Shown here: positions 1 through 11,374 of the stretch, piece by piece | Layout: every line of letters begins with the position of its first letter | How positions within the stretch are numbered: the first letter of the stretch is position 1 | NCBI GenBank assembly: GCA_947480335.1 | Contig: CANKCB010000012.1 | Span: 527-64,526 of the forward strand | Direction: 5' to 3' | DNA length: 64,000 nucleotides | From: Gammaproteobacteria bacterium | GTDB lineage: Bacteria > Pseudomonadota > Gammaproteobacteria > Eutrophobiales > Eutrophobiaceae | Position numbers and translations under genes: made by a program | Notes under the pieces: generated by a model | The model's input: the letters and a program-made list of their open reading frames with translations, nothing else | Database searches by the model: none | Told to the model about the DNA's origin: nothing

Positions 1-50
1 TCTATCTGGCCCAGGGCTATATTCAAGGCTTGTTTCTTTTTCTCATCCAT
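1..50 (-). CDS. recA: Recombinase RecA, 5' end only (runs off the left edge)
   Basis: The reverse complement of 1-50 reads MDEKKKQALNIALGQI, the typical RecA N-terminus. It lies downstream of pncC/cinA, the conserved arrangement. Confidence 0.9.
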   Translation of the reverse strand, partial: MDEKKKQALNIALGQI

Positions 51-258
51 TGATTTAATCTCCACTGAATTGGTTTACTGTACAGGGATTATCCCACAAA
101 ATTCGGCCAAGGTAAGTGGTCCAAACTGATAGAACCCGAATTTGTATCTACCGATAGGACTATTCGTTAAAACCGTCCAGTTTCCGGTTGTTTATTGAGA
201 TTGCAGGCTAAGCCTTTGTTTAACTTGGCTGACAATCGTCATCTGGTAACTCTTGCTA

Positions 259-756
259 TCAACTGACATGCTGGTCGATGAAATTAATCAAGCCTTGTAT
301 CGCCATCAACACCGACTGCTCTCGTATGGCGACTCTGTCCCCTTCAAACTGCAAGGTAGTGGAGCTCAGATTGTGCTCATCTGCCCAGGCAAAACAAACC
401 ATGCCCACCGGTTTCTGTTCTGTGCCGCCATCGGGCCCGGCAATACCCGTCACCGCCACACTGATATGGGCATGACTGTTTAGCAGTGCTCCTCTGGCCA
501 TCTCAATTGCTGTGAATTCACTCACCGCACCTAAATTTTCCAGTGTGAGTGCTGTCACCCCCAACATTTCCATTTTCGATGAATTTGAGTAGGTAATAAA
601 TCCACGTTCAAACCAGCGTGAACTGCCGGCGCGATCTGTCATCGCTCTGGCGATACCTCCACCAGTACATGACTCAGCCACCACGACCATCCTGTCACAT
701 GCCAGCAAGGCATTTCCAATTGTTTCTACCAGTAAGGAGACTGTTTGTTCAGACAT
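259..756 (-). CDS. pncC: CinA C-terminal domain protein / NMN deamidase
   Basis: AESCTGG, GFITYSN..K, GAVS and TGIAGPDGG motifs; upstream of recA. Confidence 0.92.
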   Translation of the reverse strand: MSEQTVSLLVETIGNALLACDRMVVVAESCTGGGIARAMTDRAGSSRWFERGFITYSNSSKMEMLGVTALTLENLGAVSEFTAIEMARGALLNSHAHISVAVTGIAGPDGGTEQKPVGMVCFAWADEHNLSSTTLQFEGDRVAIREQSVLMAIQGLINFIDQHVS

Positions 757-759
757 CGG

Positions 760-1260
<501 letters not shown>

Positions 1261-1413
1261 TCACACCTGCACATTGCAGGGGGTATCCCTGCATATACAT
1301 CAGGGTTTGTTATTCCCCAACTGGGAGGCTTGCGCCACACAGCTCACTGATCCAATTTTTCATTACTATTCATTAGGTTACAACTAGACCGGGTCTCTGG
1401 CTATTCCGCTATT

Positions 1414-2064
1414 TCAAAACAGGAAGTTGTCAATAAGCCGCTGTAATCTGAATACAACTGGCATAAACAAGTTACTGAGTATGCCGGTGAACATCAGTAA
1501 CAGGACTATCATCATGCCGTAGGCTTCCAGTCGGTTATACATTATTGACAAGCGAACAGGTAACAATGCACTGACAATGCGACTGCCATCCAAAGGTGGT
1601 ATCGGTATCAGGTTTAATACCATTAATGTGATATTGATAAAGATTCCAGCCATCGACATGGCGACAAATGGCAAGGCATAGTTCTGCTCCGCCACGCCTG
1701 AGATCAGCATCAACTTCAATAACAGGGTCCAGAAAATCAACATCAGCAGGTTTGCGGCGGGTCCGGCAACAGCAACCCAGGCCATGTCATGACGGGGCTT
1801 ACGCAAGTTGCGCCAGTCCACCGGAACCGGTTTTGCCCAACCAAGCAGAAATGGTGTAAAGATTAGCATCACAATCGGCACAAGTATGGTCCCAACCGGA
1901 TCGATGTGTTTGAATGGATTGAGCGTTAACCTGCCCATCAACCTTGCAGTCTGGTCGCCCAGCTTGCTCGCGACCCAACCATGAGCCACTTCATGAACAG
2001 TAATTGCAAAAATTACCGGTATTGAATAGATAATTATCTTCTGGACCAGGCTAAACTCAGGCAT
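1414..2064 (-). CDS. Site-2 protease family (M50) membrane metalloprotease
   Basis: HEVAH and NLIPIPPLDG motifs; several hydrophobic segments. Confidence 0.92.
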   Translation of the reverse strand: MPEFSLVQKIIIYSIPVIFAITVHEVAHGWVASKLGDQTARLMGRLTLNPFKHIDPVGTILVPIVMLIFTPFLLGWAKPVPVDWRNLRKPRHDMAWVAVAGPAANLLMLIFWTLLLKLMLISGVAEQNYALPFVAMSMAGIFINITLMVLNLIPIPPLDGSRIVSALLPVRLSIMYNRLEAYGMMIVLLLMFTGILSNLFMPVVFRLQRLIDNFLF

Positions 2065-2091
2065 GCCCGTTCATCCTGGTGCTAGTCGTTT

Positions 2092-2937
2092 TCAATCCTG
2101 CACTTCCGACCAACCGGCAGTCTGATCAGACCTTGTTTCCCGCTTTTGCCCCAGATGCTTGAAATCATAGGCATTAAAATCGGCAAGATGAGAAGGTACG
2201 ATATTCTGGACAGCAGCAAAGATTGTCTCCACCCTGCCAGGATATTTTTGATTCCAATCATTGAGTAACTGTTTCATTGCCTTACGCTGCAAATGTTCCT
2301 GCGAGCCACACAAATTACAGGGAATGATCGGAAACCCTTTGGACACAGCATATTGCTTGATATCGCTTTCCTTACAATAGGCCATTGGGCGTATGACCAC
2401 ATGCGCACCATCATCACTGAGCAGTTTCGGTGGCATCGCTTTAAGCTTTCCGCCATAGAACATGTTCAAAAACAGGGTTTCAATAATGTCATCCCGATGG
2501 TGACCCAGTGCAATCTTGGTGTATCCCTGTTCCTTGGCAAACCGGTACAAAATACCACGGCGCAAGCGTGAACAAAGTCCGCACATGGTCTTGCCTTCTT
2601 CTACGACACGCTTGACCACACTGTAGGTGTCCCGTTCCAGAATATGATAAGGCACCCCGAGTTTGCCCAGATATTCCGGTAATACATGTTCTGGAAAGTC
2701 AGGCTGTTTCTGATCCAGATTTACTGCTACCAACTCAAAACTGACCGGTGCATTACGTTGTAGACTGAGCAGAACGTCCAGCATTGAGTAGGAATCAGCG
2801 CCACCCGACAGGCAGACCATAACCCGATCGCCCTCTTCTATCATATTAAAATCTTCAATAGCCGTACCGACATTACGCCGCAGGCGTTTCTGCAACTTGT
2901 TAAAGTCGTATTCTTCTTTTCTGGAAACGGCTTCCAT
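2092..2937 (-). CDS. ttcA: tRNA 2-thiocytidine(32) synthetase
   Basis: PP-loop [29 protein letters not shown]. Confidence 0.95.
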   Translation of the reverse strand: MEAVSRKEEYDFNKLQKRLRRNVGTAIEDFNMIEEGDRVMVCLSGGADSYSMLDVLLSLQRNAPVSFELVAVNLDQKQPDFPEHVLPEYLGKLGVPYHILERDTYSVVKRVVEEGKTMCGLCSRLRRGILYRFAKEQGYTKIALGHHRDDIIETLFLNMFYGGKLKAMPPKLLSDDGAHVVIRPMAYCKESDIKQYAVSKGFPIIPCNLCGSQEHLQRKAMKQLLNDWNQKYPGRVETIFAAVQNIVPSHLADFNAYDFKHLGQKRETRSDQTAGWSEVQD

Positions 2938-3047
2938 CTTGGCACTTTACCCTGATAATTGTAAAAATTGATTATACGCAGATCAGGCTCTGGCTGAAAT
3001 GACTGTATTTACGGGCTGTTTGGCAACGATTTAATCTTGTTACAGAT

Positions 3048-3072
3048 AAAAAACCCCGCACTTGGCGGGGTT
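3048..3072 (-). terminator. Rho-independent terminator of the cold-shock gene
   Basis: Minus strand AACCCCGC-CAAGT-GCGGGGTT followed by a T run, just after the cspD stop. Confidence 0.85.
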
Positions 3073-3095
3073 GTACATTCCAGACAACAGCTTGC

Positions 3096-3311
3096 TCACG
3101 CTTCCTGTTGCTGCACCATCACTTCAACTGCATGGTATCCTTTTGGGCCCTGCTCTGCCTGATAAGTGACGCTTTGACCTTCAGCCAGCGTTTTGTAACC
3201 TTCCGACTTGATCGCCGAGTAATGCACAAATATATCTGCTCCCCCGTCTTTTGGTTCGATAAATCCAAAGCCCTTCGCATTATTAAACCACTTAACAATA
3301 CCATTACCCAT
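3096..3311 (-). CDS. cspD: Cold-shock domain protein, CspD-like
   Basis: [13 protein letters not shown] and [12 protein letters not shown] motifs; NNAKG/HYS pattern typical of CspD. Confidence 0.85.
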   Translation of the reverse strand: MGNGIVKWFNNAKGFGFIEPKDGGADIFVHYSAIKSEGYKTLAEGQSVTYQAEQGPKGYHAVEVMVQQQEA

Positions 3312-3556
3312 CTAAAGCCCCCCCATCTATAGAAAAATAGTGAATATGCAGCTGGTAAATATAACCGGCAGGAACGACTTGAATTTCACACCAGATACTA
3401 CCAATTCCCCTGTTTACTGCATGCTCAAAAACCAGAATAGACCAGATTTTCCGGTTTTGGCAAATTCCCGCCGGTTATTTCTGACCAGAATGTAGTATCC
3501 GGCTATATAAAAAACCTGATTCATGTATAATTCGCCGCCTTTTAAAGACAGCCCGT

Positions 3557-5380
3557 ATGACAGACAAAATTCGAAATATCGCCATTATCGCTCACGTTGA
3601 TCATGGCAAAACTACACTGGTTGACCAGTTGTTGACCCAATCAGGAACTTTCAGTAGTCGTGCCGTCATGCCAGAACGGGTGATGGACTCTAACGATCTG
3701 GAAAAAGAAAGAGGCATTACCATCCTGGCCAAAAACACGGCACTGGACTGGAAAGGCTACCGTATCAATATCATAGATACTCCGGGACACGCTGATTTTG
3801 GTGGAGAAGTAGAGCGTGTCTTGTCGATGGCAGATTCCGTATTGTTGTTGATCGATGCCGTTGATGGTCCGATGCCGCAGACCCGCTTTGTCACCCAGAA
3901 AGCTCTTGCGCGAGGACTGAATCCGATCGTCGTCATTAACAAAATTGACCGTGATGGCGCCAGACCGGGCTGGTGTGTGGATCAGACCTTTGACCTGTTT
4001 GATAGGCTCGGTGCCAATGACAAACAGCTCGACTTCCCTGTGATTTATGCCTCGGCAAAACAGGGCTACAGCGGTGCCGACATGCAACATATCGAACAGA
4101 ATATGGATCCGCTGTTCCGTGCCATCATTGAACACGTCCCCGCACCCGCAGTCGATGTCAACGGCCCATTCCAGTTACAAATTAGTGCACTCGACTATAA
4201 CAACTATGTCGGCATGATCGGTATCGGTCGTATCACTCGTGGTGAGATTAAACCGAATACGACGATTGCGAACGTCAAGGCGGACGGAACCATCAAACGC
4301 GGCAAGATTATGGCAATATACCGTCTGCTCGGTATTGAGCGGACTGAAATCGAAAAGGCTTCAGCCGGTGATATTATTGCAATCAGCGGTATTGAGGAAC
4401 TAAACATCTCCGACACACTGTGCCACCCGGATACCCCGGAAAAATTGCCGGCATTAATCGTAGATGAACCGACCCTGACAATGACCTTCCAGATCAATGA
4501 CTCCCCGTTTAACGGCAATGATGGTAAATATGTTACCTCCAGACAGATTCGTGAACGTCTGTTCCATGAGTTAAAACATAATGTGTCACTACGCGTTGAA
4601 GAAACTGAAGACCCTGATAAATTCAAGGTGTCCGGTCGCGGCGAACTGCACTTGGGTATCCTGATTGAAAACATGCGCCGCGAAGGTTATGAATTCAGTG
4701 TATCGAGACCCGAGGCCATACTGAAAGAAATTGATGGCGAACGCTGCGAACCTTATGAACAACTGACCGTGGATATGGAAGCTACCTATCAGGGTGCTGC
4801 GATGGAAATGCTGGGCAACCGCGGTGGTGAACTGGTCGATATGATCCCGGATGGTCGAGGTCGCGTACGTCTGGACTATGTCATTCCAGCCAGAGGTATT
4901 ATTGGTTTCCGTACTGACTATCTGACTGCCACAGCAGGCACAGGTTTAATCTATCATGTGTTCGATCATTACGGCCCGTACAAGAAATCGATCCGTAACC
5001 AACGTGCCAATGGCGTGCTGATATCCAATGGCGAAGGCAAGGCACTGGCCTATGCGCTGTTCAACCTGCAGGAACGTGGCCAGCTGATGATCGGTCACGG
5101 TACCGAGGTCTATGAAGGCATGGTTATCGGTTTGCATTCACGCGACAATGATCTGGTCGTCAATCCAATAAAAGGTAAACAGCTGACCAATATGCGTGCT
5201 GCCGGGAAGGATGATAACGTCATCCTGACACCACCTATGCGTTTGTCGCTGGAACGCGCACTGGAATTTATCAATGACGACGAACTGGTCGAAATTACGC
5301 CAAAAAATATTCGTATCCGCAAGAAAAAACTGAAAGAACACGAGCGCAAGCGCACTGGACGTCAAGCAGAACTGGCCTGA
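3557..5380 (+). CDS. typA: Translational GTPase TypA/BipA
   Basis: [45 protein letters not shown] and a BipA-type C-terminus. Confidence 0.98.
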   Translation: MTDKIRNIAIIAHVDHGKTTLVDQLLTQSGTFSSRAVMPERVMDSNDLEKERGITILAKNTALDWKGYRINIIDTPGHADFGGEVERVLSMADSVLLLIDAVDGPMPQTRFVTQKALARGLNPIVVINKIDRDGARPGWCVDQTFDLFDRLGANDKQLDFPVIYASAKQGYSGADMQHIEQNMDPLFRAIIEHVPAPAVDVNGPFQLQISALDYNNYVGMIGIGRITRGEIKPNTTIANVKADGTIKRGKIMAIYRLLGIERTEIEKASAGDIIAISGIEELNISDTLCHPDTPEKLPALIVDEPTLTMTFQINDSPFNGNDGKYVTSRQIRERLFHELKHNVSLRVEETEDPDKFKVSGRGELHLGILIENMRREGYEFSVSRPEAILKEIDGERCEPYEQLTVDMEATYQGAAMEMLGNRGGELVDMIPDGRGRVRLDYVIPARGIIGFRTDYLTATAGTGLIYHVFDHYGPYKKSIRNQRANGVLISNGEGKALAYALFNLQERGQLMIGHGTEVYEGMVIGLHSRDNDLVVNPIKGKQLTNMRAAGKDDNVILTPPMRLSLERALEFINDDELVEITPKNIRIRKKKLKEHERKRTGRQAELA

Positions 5381-5385
5381 GACTG

Positions 5386-5413
5386 TTAGGGGCACAGCAT
5401 GCTGTGCCCCTAA
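5386..5413. repeat. Perfect 28-bp palindrome, REP-like, probably also ends the typA transcript
   Basis: TTAGGGGCACAGCATGCTGTGCCCCTAA, 5 nt after the typA stop. Confidence 0.7.
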
Positions 5414-5529
5414 AATACCTTGCTGCACCCCTGCCAGAAAAACCGTATCGCAAAATGGTTGACACTTTAATTAGCTCTGCATACTCTCCCACGGAGATTT
5501 AACTTTTAGTTACTGTTTCGGGGGATTAA

Positions 5530-6504
5530 ATGTACCGGTCATCAGTCCGCAATCTATTCATCATCAGCCTCGTCTTTAACAGTTTGATGCTTCCTCGTGC
5601 TGTCAGTGCACAGCAAGGCACACTGCAATTACTGACACTACCAGCCGGTTCGATGGCCTATGGTGTAGGCGTGACACTCGCTGCCACGATTACCCGTAAT
5701 TCCCCGTACACAACTATTATTGCCGGTTACGGTGGGGCCCAGGTCATTGTGCCTATGCTTGAAAGTGGTCGCGCCGAACTCGCCCTGATAAATGCCAATG
5801 ATGCAGCGCAGGGTTTTCGGGGAGAGTTACCCTTTCACAAGGCCAATAATAATCTGCGTTTGATTTCGAATGCGTATGCGAATACCGTCGGTATCATCGT
5901 TGCCCGTGATTCAGACATCAAATCAATCAGCGATATCCGCGGCAAGCGAGTAACAGGGGCCTTTTCATCACATAAATCCTGCGAACAACTGGCCGAGGCT
6001 CAAATGGCGAATATGGGATTGACGCGTGATGATGTGAAAATTGTGCCAGTCAGCAGCCCTGTGGCTTCAGTTGAAGCATTGTCAGAAGGTCGTGCTGATG
6101 TGGCCTTATGTGCCACTCCCGGCATGCCGGCAATACTGGAGGCTGGTACCAAAATTGGCATACGCTATATCAGCCTGGATCCTTCTGCAGCAGCCGTGCA
6201 AAACATGAAGGCTGTCTTCACTGCCGGTGCAATTGCGCTCGAACCCAAGGGAGCCATTCCCGATCTGACCGAAGACACCTATTTTCTCGAATACGATTAT
6301 TATCTTGTTGGCAGCACACATCTGGCCGATACCGCCGTAAAACAAATACTGACTGTGCTGTGGGATCAACATGACAATCTCGTAAAGGAAAACCGCGAGT
6401 TTTCCTCCTGGTCGCCGGCACGTATGGCCCTGCCGGGCAGTACCATTCCTTATCACCCAGCTGCGATTGAATTTTTCAAAAGCAAAGGCATCACGCTTCC
6501 CTGA
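5530..6504 (+). CDS. TAXI-family TRAP transporter solute-binding protein
   Basis: Signal peptide; SDIKSISDIRGKRV and C-terminal IPYHPAAIEFFK, typical of TAXI; adjacent to a fused TRAP permease. Confidence 0.88.
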   Translation: MYRSSVRNLFIISLVFNSLMLPRAVSAQQGTLQLLTLPAGSMAYGVGVTLAATITRNSPYTTIIAGYGGAQVIVPMLESGRAELALINANDAAQGFRGELPFHKANNNLRLISNAYANTVGIIVARDSDIKSISDIRGKRVTGAFSSHKSCEQLAEAQMANMGLTRDDVKIVPVSSPVASVEALSEGRADVALCATPGMPAILEAGTKIGIRYISLDPSAAAVQNMKAVFTAGAIALEPKGAIPDLTEDTYFLEYDYYLVGSTHLADTAVKQILTVLWDQHDNLVKENREFSSWSPARMALPGSTIPYHPAAIEFFKSKGITLP

Positions 6505-6509
6505 TAAAC

Positions 6510-8408
6510 ATGAAGACGAACAGCATCAGGACGGCATCACTACTCCTGCGCGCCTTGTTATTGATTACCGGCGCAGCCTTTGTATTTGATGTGCCAGCCG
6601 ACTATTTTGGCATGGCCATCTGGCAGGAACAGATTGGACTGGTCATGATTGGGCTGGTCAGTGCCGATATTTTTATACTTTATAATCTGTCAGGCAAACA
6701 CCGCATTGAAAATAATCTCGCCTCGTCTAAAGTCGATCTGATCCTTGCTCTGATTTCTCTCATCGTATTCAGTTATTCCACCTGGAATTTTGCAGAACTG
6801 GTTGAATACGGTTATCTGGATAATCCACGCGGACTGGCTGTTTCTATCGCGGCCATCCTGCTGGTCTGCGAAACCACCCGTCGCACCTGTGGTTGGTCGT
6901 TGGTGGTGGTTCTGTTCGGGTTCTTGGTATATGGATTGACCGCCAGCCATTTCACCGGTCTGCTACAAGGTCGAGAAGTCGGTCTGTACGAGCTGATTAC
7001 CTACACTGTACTGGATCCAAGTGGTTTACTGGGTTCGTCACTGACTGTTGTGACCACAACCGTGCTCGCCTTTGTAGTATTTGGCGCCACCTTGTTTGGA
7101 CTTGGAGGAGGCAAGCTGTTTCTGGATCTGGCCATTTCCGGTATGCGTGGTAATCGTGGCGGTGCCGGGAAAAGTGCCATTATTGCCTCCACACTGTTTG
7201 GTACCATATCAGGTAGCGCTGTCAGCAATGTAGTCACCATCGGTATCGTCACCATACCGTTGATGGTACGTTCCGGCTTTAGCAAAAACGATGCGGCCGC
7301 CATTGAAGCGGTTGCCTCTACAGGCGGACAGATCATGCCACCCATCATGGGTTCTGCTGCGTTTATCATGGCCGATATGCTGGCGATACCTTATTCGAAC
7401 GTGGCCAAGGCCGCATTATTACCGGCATTGTTATATTACTTCACCCTGTTTCTGCAGGTTCATTTCCGCGCAGCAAAACAGAATATCCGCGCGCTCGACA
7501 CAGCTGAAATTCCGCCAGCGCGGGAGACCTTGCGACAGTATTGGCCATTTTTGATTCCGGTGGCTGTGCTGGTGTATCTGCTTTTCAGTAGCACCATACC
7601 TCCGCAAAAACTGGCGTTTATTTCGGCAGCGATTTGTGTAGTAGCTGCAATGATGACACCGATGCGTCCGACACGGGAACGCGTAATCAGCATCATTGAT
7701 GCCACTGGTTCGGGCATGATCAGTATTATTCCGGCAGTCGCTGTTGCCGGAATCATGATAGGCATCCTGTCGATTACCGGTCTCGGTTTTACCTTTGGCA
7801 TGAGTGTCGTCGATCAGGCCAGTGGTAATCTGTTTTTATTGTTGGTCCTGACTGCGCTCGCCTCTCTGGTACTTGGCCTCGGACTGCCAACCACTGCCGT
7901 ATATATCGTCATGGTTGGACTGGTTGCACCAGCGCTCATCACAGCTGGCGTTCCCGATCTGGCGGCGCATCTTTTTGTATTTTATTTTGGAGTGTTGTCC
8001 ATGATCACTCCTCCCGTGTGTCTGGCCGCGATGGCAGCCGCATCCATTGCCGGCAGTGATTTTATGCAAACCGGATTTTCGGCCATGAAACTCGCCTTCA
8101 CCGGATTTTTTGTTCCATTTTTGTTTGTGCTGGCACCAGGACTGTTATCGTTTGACGTATTGAGTGGCCACTACTGGCTGCAGGTCATAAGTGTATTAAT
8201 CGGTTTTACCTTGCTGGCATCCGCTTTTGAAGGCTACCTGTTCAAATTACTGGGTAGACCTGAACGTTACATGATGGTCATTCTGTCCATGTTGTTATTT
8301 GGCAGTTTGACCAGACCATTCTGGAGTCTGTTATTTGTTGGAGCAATTACGGCATGGCTACTGTGGATGTATAACACCAACCGGAATCAATCTGCGCTGG
8401 TCAGATAA
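6510..8408 (+). CDS. TRAP transporter fused (4TM/12TM) permease
   Basis: GTISGSAVSNV, EAVASTGGQIMPPIMG, GLPTTAVY and ITPPV motifs. Confidence 0.93.
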   Translation: MKTNSIRTASLLLRALLLITGAAFVFDVPADYFGMAIWQEQIGLVMIGLVSADIFILYNLSGKHRIENNLASSKVDLILALISLIVFSYSTWNFAELVEYGYLDNPRGLAVSIAAILLVCETTRRTCGWSLVVVLFGFLVYGLTASHFTGLLQGREVGLYELITYTVLDPSGLLGSSLTVVTTTVLAFVVFGATLFGLGGGKLFLDLAISGMRGNRGGAGKSAIIASTLFGTISGSAVSNVVTIGIVTIPLMVRSGFSKNDAAAIEAVASTGGQIMPPIMGSAAFIMADMLAIPYSNVAKAALLPALLYYFTLFLQVHFRAAKQNIRALDTAEIPPARETLRQYWPFLIPVAVLVYLLFSSTIPPQKLAFISAAICVVAAMMTPMRPTRERVISIIDATGSGMISIIPAVAVAGIMIGILSITGLGFTFGMSVVDQASGNLFLLLVLTALASLVLGLGLPTTAVYIVMVGLVAPALITAGVPDLAAHLFVFYFGVLSMITPPVCLAAMAAASIAGSDFMQTGFSAMKLAFTGFFVPFLFVLAPGLLSFDVLSGHYWLQVISVLIGFTLLASAFEGYLFKLLGRPERYMMVILSMLLFGSLTRPFWSLLFVGAITAWLLWMYNTNRNQSALVR

Positions 8409-8432
8409 TTCCGGTTGATTTTGAACGCGCTG

Positions 8433-8735
8433 TCAGTTGTCGGTTACTAACGAAGGCCCGATACGATTGACCCGGATTGAATCACGATAAAAGCTTGGAT
8501 GCAGTGGATCCAGTCTGACTTTCACCGCTGCCTTCTCTCCACCATAACCATCCGGATAGATCACCACATCTTCAGCAGGTAGCAGCCTGTCCATCAGTTT
8601 CATCGAACCATCCGGAAAGATGGTCAATATTTCCGGTTCTTTTTTGTCAGCGACGATCGGTGCTGCACCACACGCAGCCAACAGCGAAATCGCCAAAACC
8701 AGGCTGACTAACTTTACTTTTGATAAGTACATCAC
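8433..8735 (-). CDS. Small hypothetical lipoprotein
   Basis: Lipobox LLAAC after a hydrophobic stretch; GAGG RBS upstream. Confidence 0.75.
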   Translation of the reverse strand: MMYLSKVKLVSLVLAISLLAACGAAPIVADKKEPEILTIFPDGSMKLMDRLLPAEDVVIYPDGYGGEKAAVKVRLDPLHPSFYRDSIRVNRIGPSLVTDN

Positions 8736-9129
8736 ACTACACCTCTTTTATTAACTCTTTGATGTAACTATAGGACATCTATAGAAAATAACTGAGACTA
8801 TTTTCACAGTCAAGCAACTCTTTCGACCAGAAATTGTGGTTTATTTGTCATTTTCCAACGAAACATGGTATTAACCCGTCGTTTTCACATCTTTTGTCGA
8901 TGCTCAAAAACCCCGGTTTTTTTATTCATCTATTTACTTTGCCTGAAATTAATCAGCATTTTTGTCCCTGACATTACCAACGATAATCAGTAAGGGTCTA
9001 TCCTGTTATGTATCGAAAATAATAAGCGGTAGACCTCACGACTCGTGATTAAATATACTGAAGATTGAACAAGGGGAGACGTATTCACTACAACGGGTCC
9101 GGCCCTTTAATATCATCTACAACAGGGCT

Positions 9130-11280
9130 ATGCAGATCCAGATGCCAACAGGTTTCCTTTTCACTCTATTTCTATCGTTGTGTACCATTTGCACCGGTGT
9201 TGTTCAGGCCGCAACCGCCGAGGCAATTGCTGCCAATGAACTACCCGGCGCAAGTACCACACCGGATAGCTCCGAAAATAATATCGTCAGTTATACCGCT
9301 TCGTATTTTGCCCAGTTTCAACCGTCCACGGCACTGGACATGGTGCGTCAGGTTCCAGGATTTCGTCTTGAAAACAACAGCAGTACACGCGGTTACAGTA
9401 ATGCGCTGGGCAACCTGTTAATTAACGACAGACGACCGGCAGCAAAACAGGACCAGCCTGTCGATATCCTGTCTCGCATCCCGGCAGATCTGGTCGAACG
9501 CATTGAATTGATTAGAGGGCCTGTCCGTGAAATTGACATGCAGGGTCAGGCCAGTTTGATCAATATTGTGTTACGGGAAAATATACCGGTCTCATTGCAA
9601 TGGGACAGTTATTTGAGAAAAACATTCGAGCACGGTGGCTTGACACCGAAGGCCAGCATCTCTCTGTCGCATAACTGGCAAGGTATCGACTATAACACCG
9701 GTATTGGCTTTCGACGTTCGCGGGTTGGTAATGTAGGCGAGGAAAACATCCTGACCGGTAATAACCAGTTAACTGAAATACGTTATGGTCAACGCGAAAA
9801 CCGCAATACCTTCATTCCCGGCAACCTGAATGCATCACGCTGGTTCGGCGAAAATTATGTAAGGCTGAACCTGAATTTTCTACGGGTTGAACACATCTGG
9901 AACCAGTCAAACCGACGTCTACCACAGATTAGTGGTGGCACTGCCCGAAACCAGTATATCCACCGAACTTCCAATGAACCAAACTACGAGGCTGGACTGG
10001 ACCTCGAACGCGCTCTTGGATCTGATCTGACCGGCAAAATGATTTTGCTGTTCTCGCGTGGTTATGTGGACTCGGTCGAATCACAACGTTTACTGGATAA
10101 CCTCGGCAACCTGTTACTGGTAAGAACCGCAGATGTCTATAATGTGACCAGTGAAGCCATCTCACGACTGGAGTTTGACTGGTCAGGAATCGAGCAACAC
10201 AACATCCAGTTGAATCTGGAAGGCGCCTACAATCAACTCGATGGCAAATTCAACCAGATTGATGAAATTTGTTCTAGCAGGCGTTATATTTTTGTCCCCG
10301 GCGCAAATTCGCTTGTGGAAGAATCCCGTGGGGATTTCATGCTGAAGGATATCTGGTCACTCGGTGAATTTGAACTTGATTACGGCATGGGTGCTGAAGT
10401 TTCAACTTTGAGCCAGAGCGGTGATGTGGAACAGACTGAACATTTCTTTTTTCTCAAACCACAGACAGTATTGAGCTATTCACCAAAACAGGGCAACCAG
10501 TCGCGTTTGCGACTTGCCAGAGAAGTTTCGCAACTGAATCTGGAAGATTTTGTCAGTGCCACCGTATTTGAAGATGATGATCTGGCACTGGGTAATCCGG
10601 ATATACGCCCTTCCCGCACATGGGTAGCTGAGTTAAGTCATGAGCACCATTTCAACAAGGACAGCGTGGTCAAACTGACGGCCTATCATCACTGGATCAC
10701 CGATGTGCTGGATTTGTTACCGCTATCAGCCAGTTTTGAAGCGCCCGGTAATATTGGCGATGGGCGTCGTTGGGGCGTAGTGATCGAATCGACCTTTCCC
10801 CTGCAATGGACCGGACTGACTGGTGCCCGATTGAAACTGAAAGCGCGTTGGCAGGATTCCACCGTCGTTGATCCAGTCACCGGATTGAACCGTGTACTTT
10901 CCGATGTAAACAGCACCAGCGATTCGGATTTCTTTGATGTCGAAAACCGTTATGTTTACAACATTGATTTTCGGCAGGACTTCAAACAAAGCCGTGTCGC
11001 CTGGGGCTTTGTATTGCAAGATCGAGCGGAACAGTTACGCTACAAGGTCAATGAACTGGAAATGAATGATGATACTACGGAATTAAACACCTTCATTGAG
11101 ACCACACGCTGGTTCGATATGAAGATACGTGTCGATCTTGAAAACATTCTCGACTTTGAGGAAATCCGCAATCGCACCGTCTATACCGGCGCACGCGGTC
11201 TTTCAGCCATTCGTACATTTGAACAACGCAATCAAACCGGCGGCCCCAGAATATTTCTGACGCTTAGCGGAAGCTATTAG
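9130..11280 (+). CDS. TonB-dependent receptor (paralog of 30461-32617)
   Basis: Signal peptide, plug ALDMVRQVPGF..VERIELIRG, GNPDIRP, and a C-terminal beta-strand ending LSGSY. Confidence 0.88.
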   Translation: MQIQMPTGFLFTLFLSLCTICTGVVQAATAEAIAANELPGASTTPDSSENNIVSYTASYFAQFQPSTALDMVRQVPGFRLENNSSTRGYSNALGNLLINDRRPAAKQDQPVDILSRIPADLVERIELIRGPVREIDMQGQASLINIVLRENIPVSLQWDSYLRKTFEHGGLTPKASISLSHNWQGIDYNTGIGFRRSRVGNVGEENILTGNNQLTEIRYGQRENRNTFIPGNLNASRWFGENYVRLNLNFLRVEHIWNQSNRRLPQISGGTARNQYIHRTSNEPNYEAGLDLERALGSDLTGKMILLFSRGYVDSVESQRLLDNLGNLLLVRTADVYNVTSEAISRLEFDWSGIEQHNIQLNLEGAYNQLDGKFNQIDEICSSRRYIFVPGANSLVEESRGDFMLKDIWSLGEFELDYGMGAEVSTLSQSGDVEQTEHFFFLKPQTVLSYSPKQGNQSRLRLAREVSQLNLEDFVSATVFEDDDLALGNPDIRPSRTWVAELSHEHHFNKDSVVKLTAYHHWITDVLDLLPLSASFEAPGNIGDGRRWGVVIESTFPLQWTGLTGARLKLKARWQDSTVVDPVTGLNRVLSDVNSTSDSDFFDVENRYVYNIDFRQDFKQSRVAWGFVLQDRAEQLRYKVNELEMNDDTTELNTFIETTRWFDMKIRVDLENILDFEEIRNRTVYTGARGLSAIRTFEQRNQTGGPRIFLTLSGSY

Positions 11281-11374
11281 TCCAGTTTAGGGTTACTATC
11301 AAGTTTCAAGGTTTTTCTTCCAGCCACGAGGTTCTATCATATCCATACTCTATACCAAAACCAGCCCTGAACAT

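Noticed and set aside
70-85. LexA/SOS box upstream of recA (CTGTACAGTAAACCAA on the minus strand)
   Set aside because: The right half-site is CCAA rather than ACAG; too degenerate to call.
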